A stretch of DNA of 64,000 bases from NCBI GenBank assembly GCA_013239625.1, contig MU056216.1, forward strand, positions 13,790,725-13,854,724, given 5' to 3'. Positions 36,620 through 48,522 of this stretch are shown in pieces (the first letter of the stretch is position 1; every line of letters begins with the position of its first letter). Under the pieces are notes generated by a model. It had not been told where the DNA came from, ran no database searches, and was given only the letters and a program-made list of their open reading frames with translations. Origin of the DNA: Lama guanicoe. Lineage: Eukaryota. Both the position numbers and the translations under genes were made by a program.

Positions 36620-36765
36620 CACACTAGCTATATTATAATCACCTGCCATTTTCCCTCCCCCCCCATGAGAACGAGAGCTCCTTGAGGACAGGAACCCTTT
36701 TCTTGTGTCCCAGCACCTAGTCCCTAGTAGATACTCAAAAGTGAATGAATAAATGAATGAGTGAC
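36620..36765 (+). mobile_element. L2 3' end
   Basis: gagctccttgaggacagg...cccagcacctag...gatactcaaaagtgaatgaataaatgaatga. Confidence 0.75.
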
Positions 36766-38639
36766 TCAAATGTCAAGGAAAGAAAATAATTCACAGTAGT
36801 AATTAGCCTTCATGTCACCATGCGTTTATCTTTCGTCTTATGGTTTACCCGACACTTTTGCTTAAACGGGCACACTTAGACCTGTGAGATTGTCCTGCAG
36901 ATGAGGAAACTGAGGCTGAGACCGTGGTGAGTTTAGAGAGATAATTCGTGGTACAATGGCTGGTCCCTTCCACTCGACACAGCCCCCTGATAATGAACAA
37001 AGGACAGCTTTACCGCATCACGTGCTTCACTCACCCAGCCAGTCCATCTCTGTACTCACCAGCCTTGACGATGCACTTCCCCTGAACATGTTTTGGTAGC
37101 AGCACAAGTGAATGACATGGGCTCAAGTTCTGGATTCTAATCCGGGTCCCATGGTTCCGAGCCAGATGCTTTTGGCACAGAAGTCGCTGTCTCTTAACCT
37201 CGATTTTTCACACTCAGGCACCCATCACAGTCTTACTGGGCCCGGCCCTGAGAAGTGGATGGAGGGCTCAGTCACATCGTCACGTGGGAGCTGCTGGTCT
37301 GCTAAGGGAGGGACACACAAAAGTGAAATCACTGCAGCAAGTGCAGGCCTCGCTGGGACAGAACCTGGGAAGCCCCCATGGAAGGAGGAACCCTAAGCCA
37401 AGTGGCATCGCGCAGACCCCGGAAAAGGAAAGGAATGTTCCCAAGACAGGAAATGCATGTTCTGGATTCACTTTAAATGATACTGAATGTTTTTTCAAAG
37501 CCTTATTTCTTTATTTCAAAGCCTTATAAAACCAGTGTCAGATGTCCCCTTTATTTTTGTGGTACCACATCCTCTCTGAAGCCTTTGATGCCTCTAGACG
37601 GGCTGTGTGCCCTGTGCTGAGTAATCACCTTCCCCACCCCTGCACCCTCTCCCCCCACCTGGTTTCATTTTTCCTGCCTGGATTTCCATCCACACTGGCC
37701 CTTCTGGTGCCATCAGTGTCCCCCTGCCACCCCACTGGGTTCCCAGACTCTGCCCTCTGGGTAGCCCCTGCCAGGCTTCTCTCTCTGACACTGCTCGCTG
37801 CCCTGGGCTTGTCTTCTCTCCGCCTCTCTTCCCACCACTACTGAGCTGGTTGACTTTTGAAACGCTTGGCCTGGGCGGCCAGGAGCAGGTCTGCTTTCCT
37901 GCTCAGCGCTGTGCTCGCCGTCCCCAGGCTTCTGTCTGCACAGCTGTGCACAGCTGGCCGCAGCTGCTCGCCTGGGAGGCCTCTTCTGCTCCTTCAGTTT
38001 GTGGGTGTTGGTGAGATCCTGGGTGTGTGTATCAGAAAAGTAGGTGGAAATGGTACCCAGACAACTGGGGGAGTGGGGCGGATGGAAGGCTCTGTGGGCT
38101 GAGGATACGCTTGGAAAACCTTGGCCAGGAAGAGACGCCTGAGCTGGAGTCTGGAAGAAAGGCGGGCCCTGCTGCACCCCAGGCAGCCTGAAGGGCGTGG
38201 AGGGGGTCGGTGGAGGGGGCTTTCCTGGATGTATGCAAACTGGTCCTTCTTTGGAGGGGTCCCTGAGTGCCAACCTCCCAGGTCTCCTAGTGTCTCGGAT
38301 AGAGCCCGATCTTCCCTCTGTGTCGGCAAAGTCTCTGTCAGGGGCCGGAAGGGAAATACGTTAGGCTTTGGGGCCATCAATCTGTCCCTCTCTGCTGTGC
38401 AGTGTGGGCACAGCTCTGATACCTGTGCAGCTGTGTGTAAAACAACTTACAAGCTGCAGATTGATCGGACCCAGGAGACTGCCGACTCCTGCTCTGAGGG
38501 ATCCTGTTGTGGGGAAGGCTGCCCCGCCCTCCCACCCCAACCTGTCCAGTGGCTGTTGTGTGGCAGAAGCCATACTGATGACAATCACACCCACAGCTGC
38601 CACTTGCCCAGCGGTCACTTTGGAACAGGACCTGCAAGA

Positions 38640-38760
38640 AGAGCTCTGTGACCTCATTTAATCTTCTCAATCACCCAAGGTGAGGATTACAATTGTCATT
38701 TTACAGACTACAAAACACAGATTTCAGAGGTTAACTTGCCCAAGGCCACCCAGTTCAGCA
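38640..38760 (-). mobile_element. MIR SINE
   Basis: cctcatttaatcttctcaa...cattttacag...tcagaggttaacttgcccaaggccacccag. Confidence 0.75.
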
Positions 38761-39350
38761 CCTTGACCTCCATAGCTGTCAGCCGGGGGAAGGCTCCTAC
38801 TGGACAAAGGGGTCCACAGACTGGTGCTGTCTGTCCTCTGGGCTACAAAGCAATCACCGAGCGTGGCCACGTCTGGGTGCCGGCAGCTCTGAGTGGTGGG
38901 CATGTGGATGGAGCATGGGATCCCAGGCGAGCCCCTGGGTGTGCCTCTGCGCCCACAAGCCAGCATTTCCTGAATGCTGTATTCTGTCCTGGGTGTGTGC
39001 TTTTCACCTGGAGCCCCGCAGATCTTGTCTTGAATTCCTAGCACTATGAGTTGGTAACTTCAGGGCTAAAATTAAGTATGATTTGAGAAGAATTCTTAGT
39101 CTGATATAAACGAATATAATCCAGACACCACTAATGCCGTCTTTGGTATCTTTTGTGTATCTCTGTTGATGTGAAGGAGCGTTTTTCAAGGTCCTTTCAA
39201 GTCTGTGGAATTACACTTGTATGTGGAGGGAGATAAACACGTGCACACACGCACACCCCTACAGTGCATGTGGGTGAACAGTAAAAGGTGCAGCCTCTGC
39301 TCCCCTCCTTCCTCCTCTTCCTCATGCTCTCCTTTTCTATTTTTTTAAAT

Positions 39351-39479
39351 TCCTTTTTGGGGGGCAGTGGTGGATAATTAGATTTGTTTGTTTGTTTTTA
39401 ATGGAGGTTCTGGGGATTGAACCCAGGGACTCCTGCATGCTAAACCCGTGCTCTACCACTGAGATATACACCCTCTCCC
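39351..39479 (-). mobile_element. Vic-1-like SINE with 22-bp TSD
   Basis: tggggattgaacccagg...ctctaccactgag. TSD ctccttttctatttttttaaat (39329-39350) / ctccttttgtatttttttaaat (39480-39501). Confidence 0.9.
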
Positions 39480-39652
39480 CTCCTTTTGTATTTTTTTAAA
39501 TATCTATTTTTCTCTAGTTGATGAAACTTTGTATTCAGGAGTGTTACAAGTGTTTATGAAATAAAGTATTTATTGATCAAAATCAATAAATAATAATACT
39601 GAAGAGAGACGGGTATTCAGAATAAAGGACTTCCCGTATAAGTTTTCACTTA

Positions 39653-40825
39653 CAGTTAGTTTTGCTATAACGCTTGTGAATTTGTTCCAAAGCAACGGGT
39701 AGATTAGGGAACAATTTGAGCATCACGTGAATTTTTGCTTCTCGGTGAGCATCAGACTGCTCCCCTCAGAACCGAGCTGGGTCGAAAGTTTCAAAAAAAT
39801 GCACGTGCACACGCATGCGCACACGTGCACATATGCCCGACAGATACTCGCGCTCAGGCACACGCACGCGCACACGTGAGGACGCACATGCAGGCACGCA
39901 CGAGAGCGTGCTCGCACACGCATGCGCACACACGCTCACACCCCCGCGCGCGCAGACCGCGGCCCTTCAGCCAGCGGCAAACTCAGTTCACGTCCCGTGT
40001 CGTCTGTAAAGGCTGTGCTTTGCCGTGCGTTTGCACGCGTGAGCTTTTCTGTATTCAAAAAGAGGAAGAAAGGAACATTCCTTGGACAGCGCACACGTGT
40101 CCAAGCCTCCCGGGTCAAAACTGCAGAGAGGACGCGTGAGGAGGGCGTCGTGTGCGGGCGAAGACCGCGGATTCGCCGAGTCCTGCGAGGGGAGGCTGTG
40201 TTGGGGCGGGTGGGGGCTGGGCCCGTGCGCCCCGGCACTGCTGCGGTTTCCGGAGCCCTGAGAGCCCGTGAGAAAAACGAGGAGGTCCGAAGCAGATTTC
40301 CAGCGGTGATTCCGAATTGTCAAAGAAGTCTGTTCTAATATGAGATTGGATTTTCAGTTTTCATAAAACATAATTACCGTAAACACTTGCCTCAGAGGAC
40401 CTACAGCTCACCAGCAGAAAAACACGCCTCCGGATAAGAGGCAGGAAAGATTGCTTCTCTTTGATGTCCAGAGTCAGGGGAAACCGAGGAAGCCGGCCAC
40501 ACCCACCGTCGAGGCTGTCGCTTTCCAGCAGCCACACACCAGCCGCAGCCCTGCCCAGCCCCCTCTGCAAGCCAGCCTCTGGTCATTTTCAAGGTAAAGT
40601 GCCCAATTCATCGTCACACTTTTGTGTTTATGAACCATCTACCATGTTGAAAGCGCTGCCGTTTTTATTAGGGTGCTGTCTGTTTTTTGAATGTGTCACT
40701 GGTGACATTTTGAGTTGCTCCTCTGCCCGGTTTGCTCCCCAGAGCCCTCTGCTGTTTATTGAATGATTTTGTATCCAGCAGTGATTTTTAGGAACACACA
40801 TGGCTCATTAAAGCACAGAGAACTG
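39653..40825 (+). mobile_element. Tigger13a-like DNA transposon with both ends present, interrupted by an insert
   Basis: TA|cagttagttttgctataacg...ttagggaacaatttgagcat at the left end; ttttcaaggtaaagtgcc...gtgatttttaggaac...gaactg|TA at the right end. TA target duplication and imperfect TIRs. Confidence 0.8.
39799..39955. repeat. (CA/CG/TG)n alternating purine-pyrimidine low-complexity tract
   Basis: atgcacgtgcacacgcatgcgcacacgtgcacatatgc...cacgcatgcgcacacacgc...cgcgcgcgc. Confidence 0.9.
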
Positions 40826-42379
40826 TATTTGGAAATGGTTTGTCAGCGGCATTACTTAATGAGGGTTAGTGATCCTGCCACATGGCCCTGAGTGGCTCAG
40901 GAAGAGCGGGGAGGGCTGGGACGGGGGCTGAGCGAGCGTTAATATTCTGAGGAGCCTCACATTTGTTAATTCATCGACCTTTTAATTGTATAGTTTTCCA
41001 TACATGCACGAATGTACCTTCTTTAAATGTTGAAAATACTGATCTGGAGCTTGTAATTTAAGGTGGCTTGAGACTGGCAGAGTTAGGAAAGGACACTAGG
41101 GCAGGCATGGGAAACCCAGCTGGGGAAGTGGGACCTGCTGACAAAACTGACAGGAGACAATTGAAGAAAACACCCTCAGAGTGGTCCACAATCTGGACAG
41201 ACTCTGGTCAGAGATGTGAGCTGGCACCGTCAGAGAAGGTATCCTGGGGAAAGAGGGGCTGGGAAGATTTGGGGGAGAGGTGAGAGGTGTGAGTTACAAG
41301 CAAGAGAAAATCACGGCCAAGGGCCTGGACATGAGAAGGAAGTGACCAGACATCATCTGTCAAGACCAGGAACTCGTCGGGGGCTCCTGACGTCAGTCCG
41401 GTGTTTGCCTCTGTTGATGCTGCTCCGGAGATCTGACCGGCTCAGACAGGCCGTCAGCAGCTTGCAGCCTTACAGCTGCAACGCTTGGTCCACATGCAGA
41501 GTGAATGCATTCACATTTGTGCGAAATGGCCCAGTGAAACCACCATGTCCCTAGAGAGCGTGACTTGTTTCACAGTGTTTACTTGGCTAAGATAACCCCA
41601 GCCTCATTTCTTCCTCGGGGACCAGGTTTAAGGCTCAGAGAGGCTGTCCACGGCAGGAAGACAGAAGAGTGGTGGAGGGTGGGATGGTGTCTTGGTAACC
41701 TGACCCCTGCCCGGGTTTATCCCCAGAGGAGGCTGGCTGGAGAGGGGCCCCACTCAGCACCACGTGTCCCAGGAGCACGCACGCACCTCGCACACGACTC
41801 ACCCATGCTCAGCTGTTGGGGGACTGGGTAGAAGCAGAGGGAATAATCTCCCCTCAGCTGCTCTGTCAAGCCTCCCTCACATCTCCTCCCCACCCCTCCT
41901 CCCGCATTGCTTCTGCTGTAGCCCGGAGGCTGGAGTCCCCTTGTTCGTTTGGAAGTGATGGGAGAAGCACCATCTCTGCTCCTCCATGGAGGCGGGTGGC
42001 GGTGCCACAGCCCTGACAGCTCCCTGCTGGAAATCCTTCCTGCTCACTGACTGCCTCCCTCTGTCCTCCTCCCGACACCCCACCCCAACTCAGATGGAGA
42101 ATGTGTCTGGGGCACCTCTGAGCAGTATCAGCAGAGATGGTCCAACATCTTTAGAATATGTGGGTACTTGTCTGTTCTCAGCTGAAGCACAAAGACGATG
42201 ACCAGTGCCTTTGGTCACAGTCCTGCACACGTGGATCTTCTGTGAGTTCACTGCTCTATTCCACTGTGTTCTGCACCCCAGCTACTGAGTTTTTATCACT
42301 AAGACCTTGTTGCGTGTCTGATTCTCTAGAAATGTGGCCTACCTGTGACCGCGGGATATATTCTGAGGTCCAGAAAAAC

Positions 42380-43865
42380 AGCAGAGGAATCTTAAGTTTC
42401 ATTCCGTTTTATTACCTGTCGTTGTGTTGGTGTCGTAATTTTGAAACTAATGGACAAGGTAGGATAGAATCAATAGATAAACTGATTGATGTAAAGAGTC
42501 AAGATTTTCAAGGTGAGAGAAAAATACAAATTTAAAGTTAAGAAAAACACCTTTTGCTTTAATTTTGAATTGGTGATTTTGATACTAATTAATGATTTGT
42601 TTAAAAAAGGTATTTCCCAGCTTTGTCCACTGAAAGGCCTGGAAAAATGACACAGCAGAAGTAATGGGCACACTTAGGGAATTGGGGTCTAGACCTTGGT
42701 TTCTTAGCATTAGGTTGAAACCTGTGAAATGGCCATTTTTGTATAATTAAGTCTAATATTAATCCTCACTAAAGGAATCAGGGCTTTTTGGAGAAGTGGC
42801 AGAGACGGTATAAGGTGAACCTGGTGTATCATGTGTCAAAAAGTAAGGAAGCTGTTGAAGATTAAAGAGGTTGTACCTGAAACATACAGGAGCCAACCTA
42901 AAAGGGTCTTCTAATGGCCAAATTTGGAACAATTTGAACATCAGGAAAAAAAATGACTATGATTGATTATCAATAAATAGATATTGATTGAATAAATAAA
43001 AATCCGTGGCTCCATATTTTGATGGAGAAAGAGAGGAAATCATGTACCTGAGTTGTGGCAGCTCTACAGAGTTCTTTGTCTGAACATTTGTAATGAAAGG
43101 GAAAACAATTAAGCCTTTATCCTGCCTTTTAGGGAGAAAGTGCCTCTCATTCCTAGCTGATGAGAAGCAGTCCTTTACAGAAGGATGTCCGCTAATATGT
43201 GTGGAAAGAATGATTGGATTAGAAAATTACTGCTTTGCAGACTTTGATGAAATGATTCATTCAGGCAATAAGAGGATTCTGTAAATCATGGTTCAGCAAA
43301 CTACAGCCCCCAGTCAAATCCAGCAACCCACCCCCCACCTGATTTTGTAGATCCCGTGAACTAAGAATGTTTTCAGTAGTTTTAGGTAGTTGACAAAATC
43401 TAAAGGAGAGCACTATCTCTTGACAAGTAACATTTATATAAGTGCAAATTTCAGTGTTTGTAAGTACAGTTTCATTGAACATGGTCACTCTCTCTCACAC
43501 ATATTCACGGGCCTGCATTTGTGTCACAGTGGCCGATTTGACTTGTTGAGAGAGACTGTATCGTCCATAAGGCCTATGTTGTTTAATGTGTGGAACTTTG
43601 CAAGAGTGCTTTGCTGACTGGGAGCTGGGGACGAGGAGATGTGCATGGTGTCAATGTGTCACTCTATTGGTGGTTCACTAGTTGCAAATGGAAAGATGCA
43701 CTTTTTAACAGAAAGATCTGGCAGTTGTCACCTTACCAAGTTATCAGAACTTAGCATCACTAATAAAGGGATAACCTGATATGAGGTGCCTGCTGCTGAG
43801 AGGCAGGATGCAGTCTGTGCATCACCTCGGAAGTATTCTCACCAAAGTGTTTAACTTAAAAATGC
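42380..43865 (+). mobile_element. L1MC4-like 3'UTR remnant
   Basis: tatttcccagctttgtccactgaaaggcctggaaa...gtaatgggcacactt; tcactaaaggaatcagggct; atctggcagttgtcaccttaccaag. Confidence 0.7.
43287..43625. mobile_element. MER58B-like hAT-Charlie element nested in L1
   Basis: ggttcagcaaactacagccc...caaatccagc...gaactaagaatgtttt...aaatttcagtgt...tttgctgac. Confidence 0.75.
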
Positions 43866-43871
43866 TAGAAT

Positions 43872-44370
43872 ACATTTACTGAAGTAGAGTTGACAGACAA
43901 TAACCTGCACGTATTTAATGCCCACAGTTTGCTCTGTTTTGACATACGTATGTATACACTGTGAAACCATCACTACAGTCAAGATAATGGGCAAATCTAT
44001 AGCGGCAAAAGTTCCTCCGGGCCCCTTTTCAGTCTCTACCTCCCCTCCCCATCCCTCTCTGTCTCATAGATCTGCTCTCTATCACTGCCAGTTAGTCTAT
44101 ATTTGGTAGAATTTTATTTATACATATTTTTAATTGAAGTATAGTCAGTTACAATGTGTCAGTTTCTGGTGTGTAGCACAGTGTCCCAGTCATACATATG
44201 TATACGTATATTTGTTTTCATGTTCTTTTTCATTAAAGGTTATTATAAGATATTGAATATAGTTCCCTGTGCTATACAAAAGAAATTTGTTTTTTATGTA
44301 TTTTTATATATAGTGATTAATATTTGCAAATCTCAACCTCCACCTTTACCCACACAGAGAATTACCACAT
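43872..44370 (-). mobile_element. L1MB-like 3' end with a younger L1 3' end (44126-44337) nested inside
   Basis: gtgaaaccatcactacagtcaagataatg (older copy); ttaattgaagtatagtcagttacaatgtgtc...tattgaatatagttccctgtgctataca (younger copy). Confidence 0.75.
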
Positions 44371-45269
44371 ACTCTTGTATAATTGAATATACCGTCTTGT
44401 GGCAGCTGAGATCAGGTATGTCTGGCCCACAGAATGTGTGGTATCTCTCCCGTCCACCCCGAGGATCTACTTCTGTCCACTGATTTAAATGAGGGCAGAA
44501 AAGCTCTCATGTGGACAACAGACTCCATTAAACGGGGCTCCGCACAGTTTAGGAGTGTTTAGCTATGAGGCTGGGACCCAGGCGGGAACCTGGACTGATG
44601 GAGGGAGTCCCAGTGAGAAGAAGGGCTGAGTCTGGAGGCGGGCATGTGGATCTGCGCTGACCCGGCCTGAGGGATGTGGTGTGTGCTTATGCGGAGGAAA
44701 AGACCATGGCGCTAACCCACGGGACTGTCCCCCAAGTCCGGGCGCTCCCTGGCCAGACAGACTGAATGTGGGAGCCATTTTTATTCTCCTTCTCAGAGTC
44801 TGCCAAGCCATCAGGTCACATGGAGTCTGAGGGCCATGAGCAGAAACCTGCAGCTTGGAGGAGTGGAGGCTGCATGGCGGTGTGGGGCTCATGGCTGGAG
44901 ATGGTGGCTGGCACTCTGGACGGGACCTGAGGAAGCAGAAGACGGTCCTTTGGGACCACCAGAAGCGAAGGGGAGCCTGGCGGGGTCTTAGCAGTAGAGG
45001 TGCGGGCTAGGAGCCGTGGTGGTTTGGATCTTGATTCTGGGGCACTGAGGCTTGCCTACCCAGTAGCCCCTCTTCCTCTTCTTTGCTAAGGAGCACTGAT
45101 CTTGTTTAGTCCAACGCTAGTGGCAGTGCTCACGCAGAAGTTGGGCCCAACCCTGGGGGATTAGTCATGCATGTCTGAGGCATCACACTACCCCATTTCC
45201 CTTTGTCAACAGTTGGTTCATAAGTGGGCACATGACACTTCTGGCCATGGAACATAGAGGGGGACCACA

Positions 45270-45756
45270 AGTAGTTGATTTTATGTGTCAACTTAGCTGG
45301 GGCCTGGGTGCCCAGATGTTTGGTCAAGTATTATTCTGGGTGTTTCTGTGAGGGTGGTTTTGGATGAGATTAACATTTAAGTCAGTGGACCGAGTAAAGC
45401 ACACTGCCTTCCCTCATGCAGGTGGGCCACATCCAAACAGTTGAAGGTCTGGATTAGAACAGAAAGGCTGACTGATAACCTTTAAACTGGGACATTGGAT
45501 CTTTACCATCTTCAGACTCAAACTGAAGCATCAGCTCTTCCTGGGCTTTGAGCCTGCTGGCCTTCCCACCGGAACTGACATCACTGATTGCCCTGGTTCT
45601 CAGTCCTCCAGGCTTGGACGGGGATCATACCATCAGCTCCCCTGGGTCTCCAGCTTGACGACTCACCTTGTGGATCTTGGCACTTCTCAGCCGCTGTGAT
45701 TGCATGAGCCAGTTCCCTATAACGAATCTCTCTCTCGATATGTATGTGTGAGAGTG

Positions 45757-45789
<33 letters not shown>

Positions 45790-45808
45790 ATATATATATA
45801 TATATATT
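45270..45808 (+). mobile_element. MLT2B-like ERVL LTR, apparently nested in an MLT1-like MaLR LTR (~45050-46050)
   Basis: ttttatgtgtcaacttagctgg...gcccagatgtttggtcaa...ttttggatgagattaacatttaa...catgagccagttcc, ending in (TG)n(TA)n. Confidence 0.85.
45745..45807. repeat. Compound microsatellite (TG)n(TATG)n(TA)n
   Basis: Seen directly in the sequence. Confidence 0.95.
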
Positions 45809-46419
45809 TTCTGGGGGAGATTGTTCTGCCTGATGAAGAAAAAGAGCCCGGTGGGAAGACCCTTTGCTCTTGGCTTTGATTCTGTTGTGGGGGATGGAGG
45901 GCTGGTGCTGTAACGGTCTTCTTTGGTTGTGAGAGCACAGGAGAGCTGTGCTGGGACGGCAGGACAGAAAGGCGGCCTGACCCTTGGCGACACTGCTGAG
46001 CCACCAGACCCACTGTGGAACAGCCTGGTCCAGGCATCTCCTGGAAGTTTAACCCTTGCTACCAGAAGTGTGGTCCTCAGTTCACACTGATTGCGTCATC
46101 CATCGTATCGGCCCATTATATTGTCAGTTACGGCCTACATTTGTAACCAGCTTGTGCAGACCCCAGCTCTTCTCACTTGAACCATTTAATCATTTAAAAG
46201 TCAGCGTCTTCGTTTTAACAAGGTGATCTGCAGGCACACAGGAGTTTGGAAAGCCCTGGCTTGAGTGACTCGTAGCTGGGTGTCATTTTCCTTGCACCCG
46301 AGCACATCCTGATAATAACGGATATGACCTTATTTGGATCTACAGACAGAAGTTTGTGAGTGTTCGGCTTATGTGGTTTTCTGACCATTCAGGGCCCCTT
46401 CTCTCTTGCTTATTCCTTG

Positions 46420-46702
46420 CAACAGTCTGGTCCCTGTCCCTGGTTCCTGCTTGTTCACGTGGCTGACTTACCTCCTTTGAGACTCAGCTAAGGCGTCACC
46501 TCCTCCAGAAAGCCCACTGGACTGCCCCCAGGTGGAATGCACAGCACCTCCTGTAACGGTGCCCGTGTTCCCTTACTTGACTCTTGAGCTAGCACCCGGG
46601 CGCCTTGAGGGAAATCTGTTTCACTCTGCGTGTCCTCCACACTCCCCCACTGTCTGGCACAAACCAGCAGCTGAAAGAGTGTTTCTGAGAGGCTGAATGA
46701 GC
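46420..46702 (+). mobile_element. L2 3' fragment
   Basis: ctcagctaaggcgtcacctcctccagaaagccc...tctggcaca...ctgaatgag. Confidence 0.65.
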
Positions 46703-48189
46703 GCTTTGCCAGCCTGCTCTGTGCTGCAGTCCCCCCCTCTGGAGTCCTGGGCACTGAGAGGGCGGGAGCCGGCTTGGGTCAGGAATCAGGAGGCCTGCGG
46801 GCCCAGCACTGACTCCCCCTCCCACCCCAGCCCTGCCCTCTGGAGGGCACACAGAGCAGAAGCAGCTGCTGGAGCCTGCCCTCCCCTCCGCCCCTCCTTC
46901 CCCGGCACAGATGTCACACAGCAGCGACAGCTGAGGAAGAGATGTCTTGCCAAAGGGGACACCCCATAGATAGGTGCTGGAGCTGGAAGCACTGCTGTCC
47001 TCCCCGGAGCCGGGGCCATCTGTGTGTGCCACCCAGCCAGCCACTCGGACTCTGGCTGTCACTTTAAACACAGGATGAGCGGTGACAAGACCTCACAAGG
47101 GCAGGGGCCACGCCGCCTACCAGTTACACTGAGCACTGGCGTGTTTCACAGCGTTTTCTTACTAAGACACGATTAGGAACGTGGTGTTTCTGCCTTGCTA
47201 GATGCAGTGCCCTCCGTTTCTGGGCACCAGGGCTCCCAGCACAAGCAGCCTGGCCTCGATCTTGGGGAAGCCTGGGGCCCTTGCTGGGAGCAGGACTCCC
47301 AGGGTGGGCGGAGCCCAGGGACCCTGCGGGAAGGAGGGGTGCTGTGGTGTCCGTACGCACGTGCCCGGGTGTGCTCGGGGAAGTCAGCTCCTGAGGGAGC
47401 GGCCCCTCCAGCTGGGCCCGCCTGGCCCATGTGCGGGTGTGCGGATGTGCTGACTGGTCTGACTGCAGGCGGAGGGCGGACCCTCCTTCCCATGGGCCCG
47501 CCGGACGAGTGAGGGGCCCAGGTGTCTGGAGGATCTGTGCCGTCGCCATCAAGGCCGGAGCAGCTGGAGGTGGAGCAGATGCCCGAGGATCGTGGGTCCA
47601 GGGAAGGCTCCAGAAAGGCAAGCAGACGTGCTGTCTTCTTTACTACTCTCGTGTCCTTCTTGGAAGGGCGCCCAGCCATTTTCAGCACCTCTCTCCTTCC
47701 CCACGTGGTGTCTCAAGAGCTAAGCATAGGTCTCTGGGCTTGGATGAGTTCAGCCCCATGAAAAACTGAAGAGCGGTCACCGTCCCTGAGAAGTCACACC
47801 GCGCCAGGCAGGGTCCACACTGCCCACCGCAGGTGCCACCCCGCACAGCGCACTGCAGACCCGCACCCTGGTCAGCTGAAGTGGGTCCTTCTCAGTACCT
47901 CCTGAGCGGAGAAGGCAGGCACATGAACTTATTTTAGCCGCTGAAGGAATCACCGAGTCCATTTAATACCTTAAAAACAGAAAAGACAAAAATTCCCATT
48001 AACAAAGTGAAAAGGCAGACAGTGAAACTCAGCAGTGCTGGTCACACAGTGACCGATGAAGGGTTAACATCTATCAGCTCATGGAGATGAATAAGGAAAA
48101 GCACAAGACTGCCCAGGATGTGGGAACACCTATTCCCTGCTGGGGAAGCCCACCCCCCACACAGGCAGAGAAACACTGGGAAGGCGTGT

Positions 48190-48522
48190 TCCCAGCTTCC
48201 CTGACGGCTGCGGGGTGGACACGTGCCCCTGGGCGGATGGTGAGGCAGATTCTGAGGCTCTGGGGAAAACACAGGAGAGAGCCTTGCAGGGGGGAGCCCC
48301 TCCCTCTTTCCTTCCTGCGGCTCAGAGGCCGTAGCAGGCTGTGACCAAGAAGGTACCGTGGAGAACATCATTGACAGTTTGGCCACAGCCCTGAAATCAT
48401 CCAGGCTCTGAACCAAGCCTCCCGTGGGTGGTTTGTGATGGGAGATTTATTAATAAACTTCTGTTGTTTAAGCCACTTTCAGGTAGGTATTCTTTTACTT
48501 CGGAGGAAGTCAGCCTCCCTGA
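48190..48522 (+). mobile_element. MLT1-like MaLR LTR fragment
   Basis: aataaacttctgttgtttaagccact followed by tattcttttac, typical of MLT1 3' ends. Confidence 0.6.
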
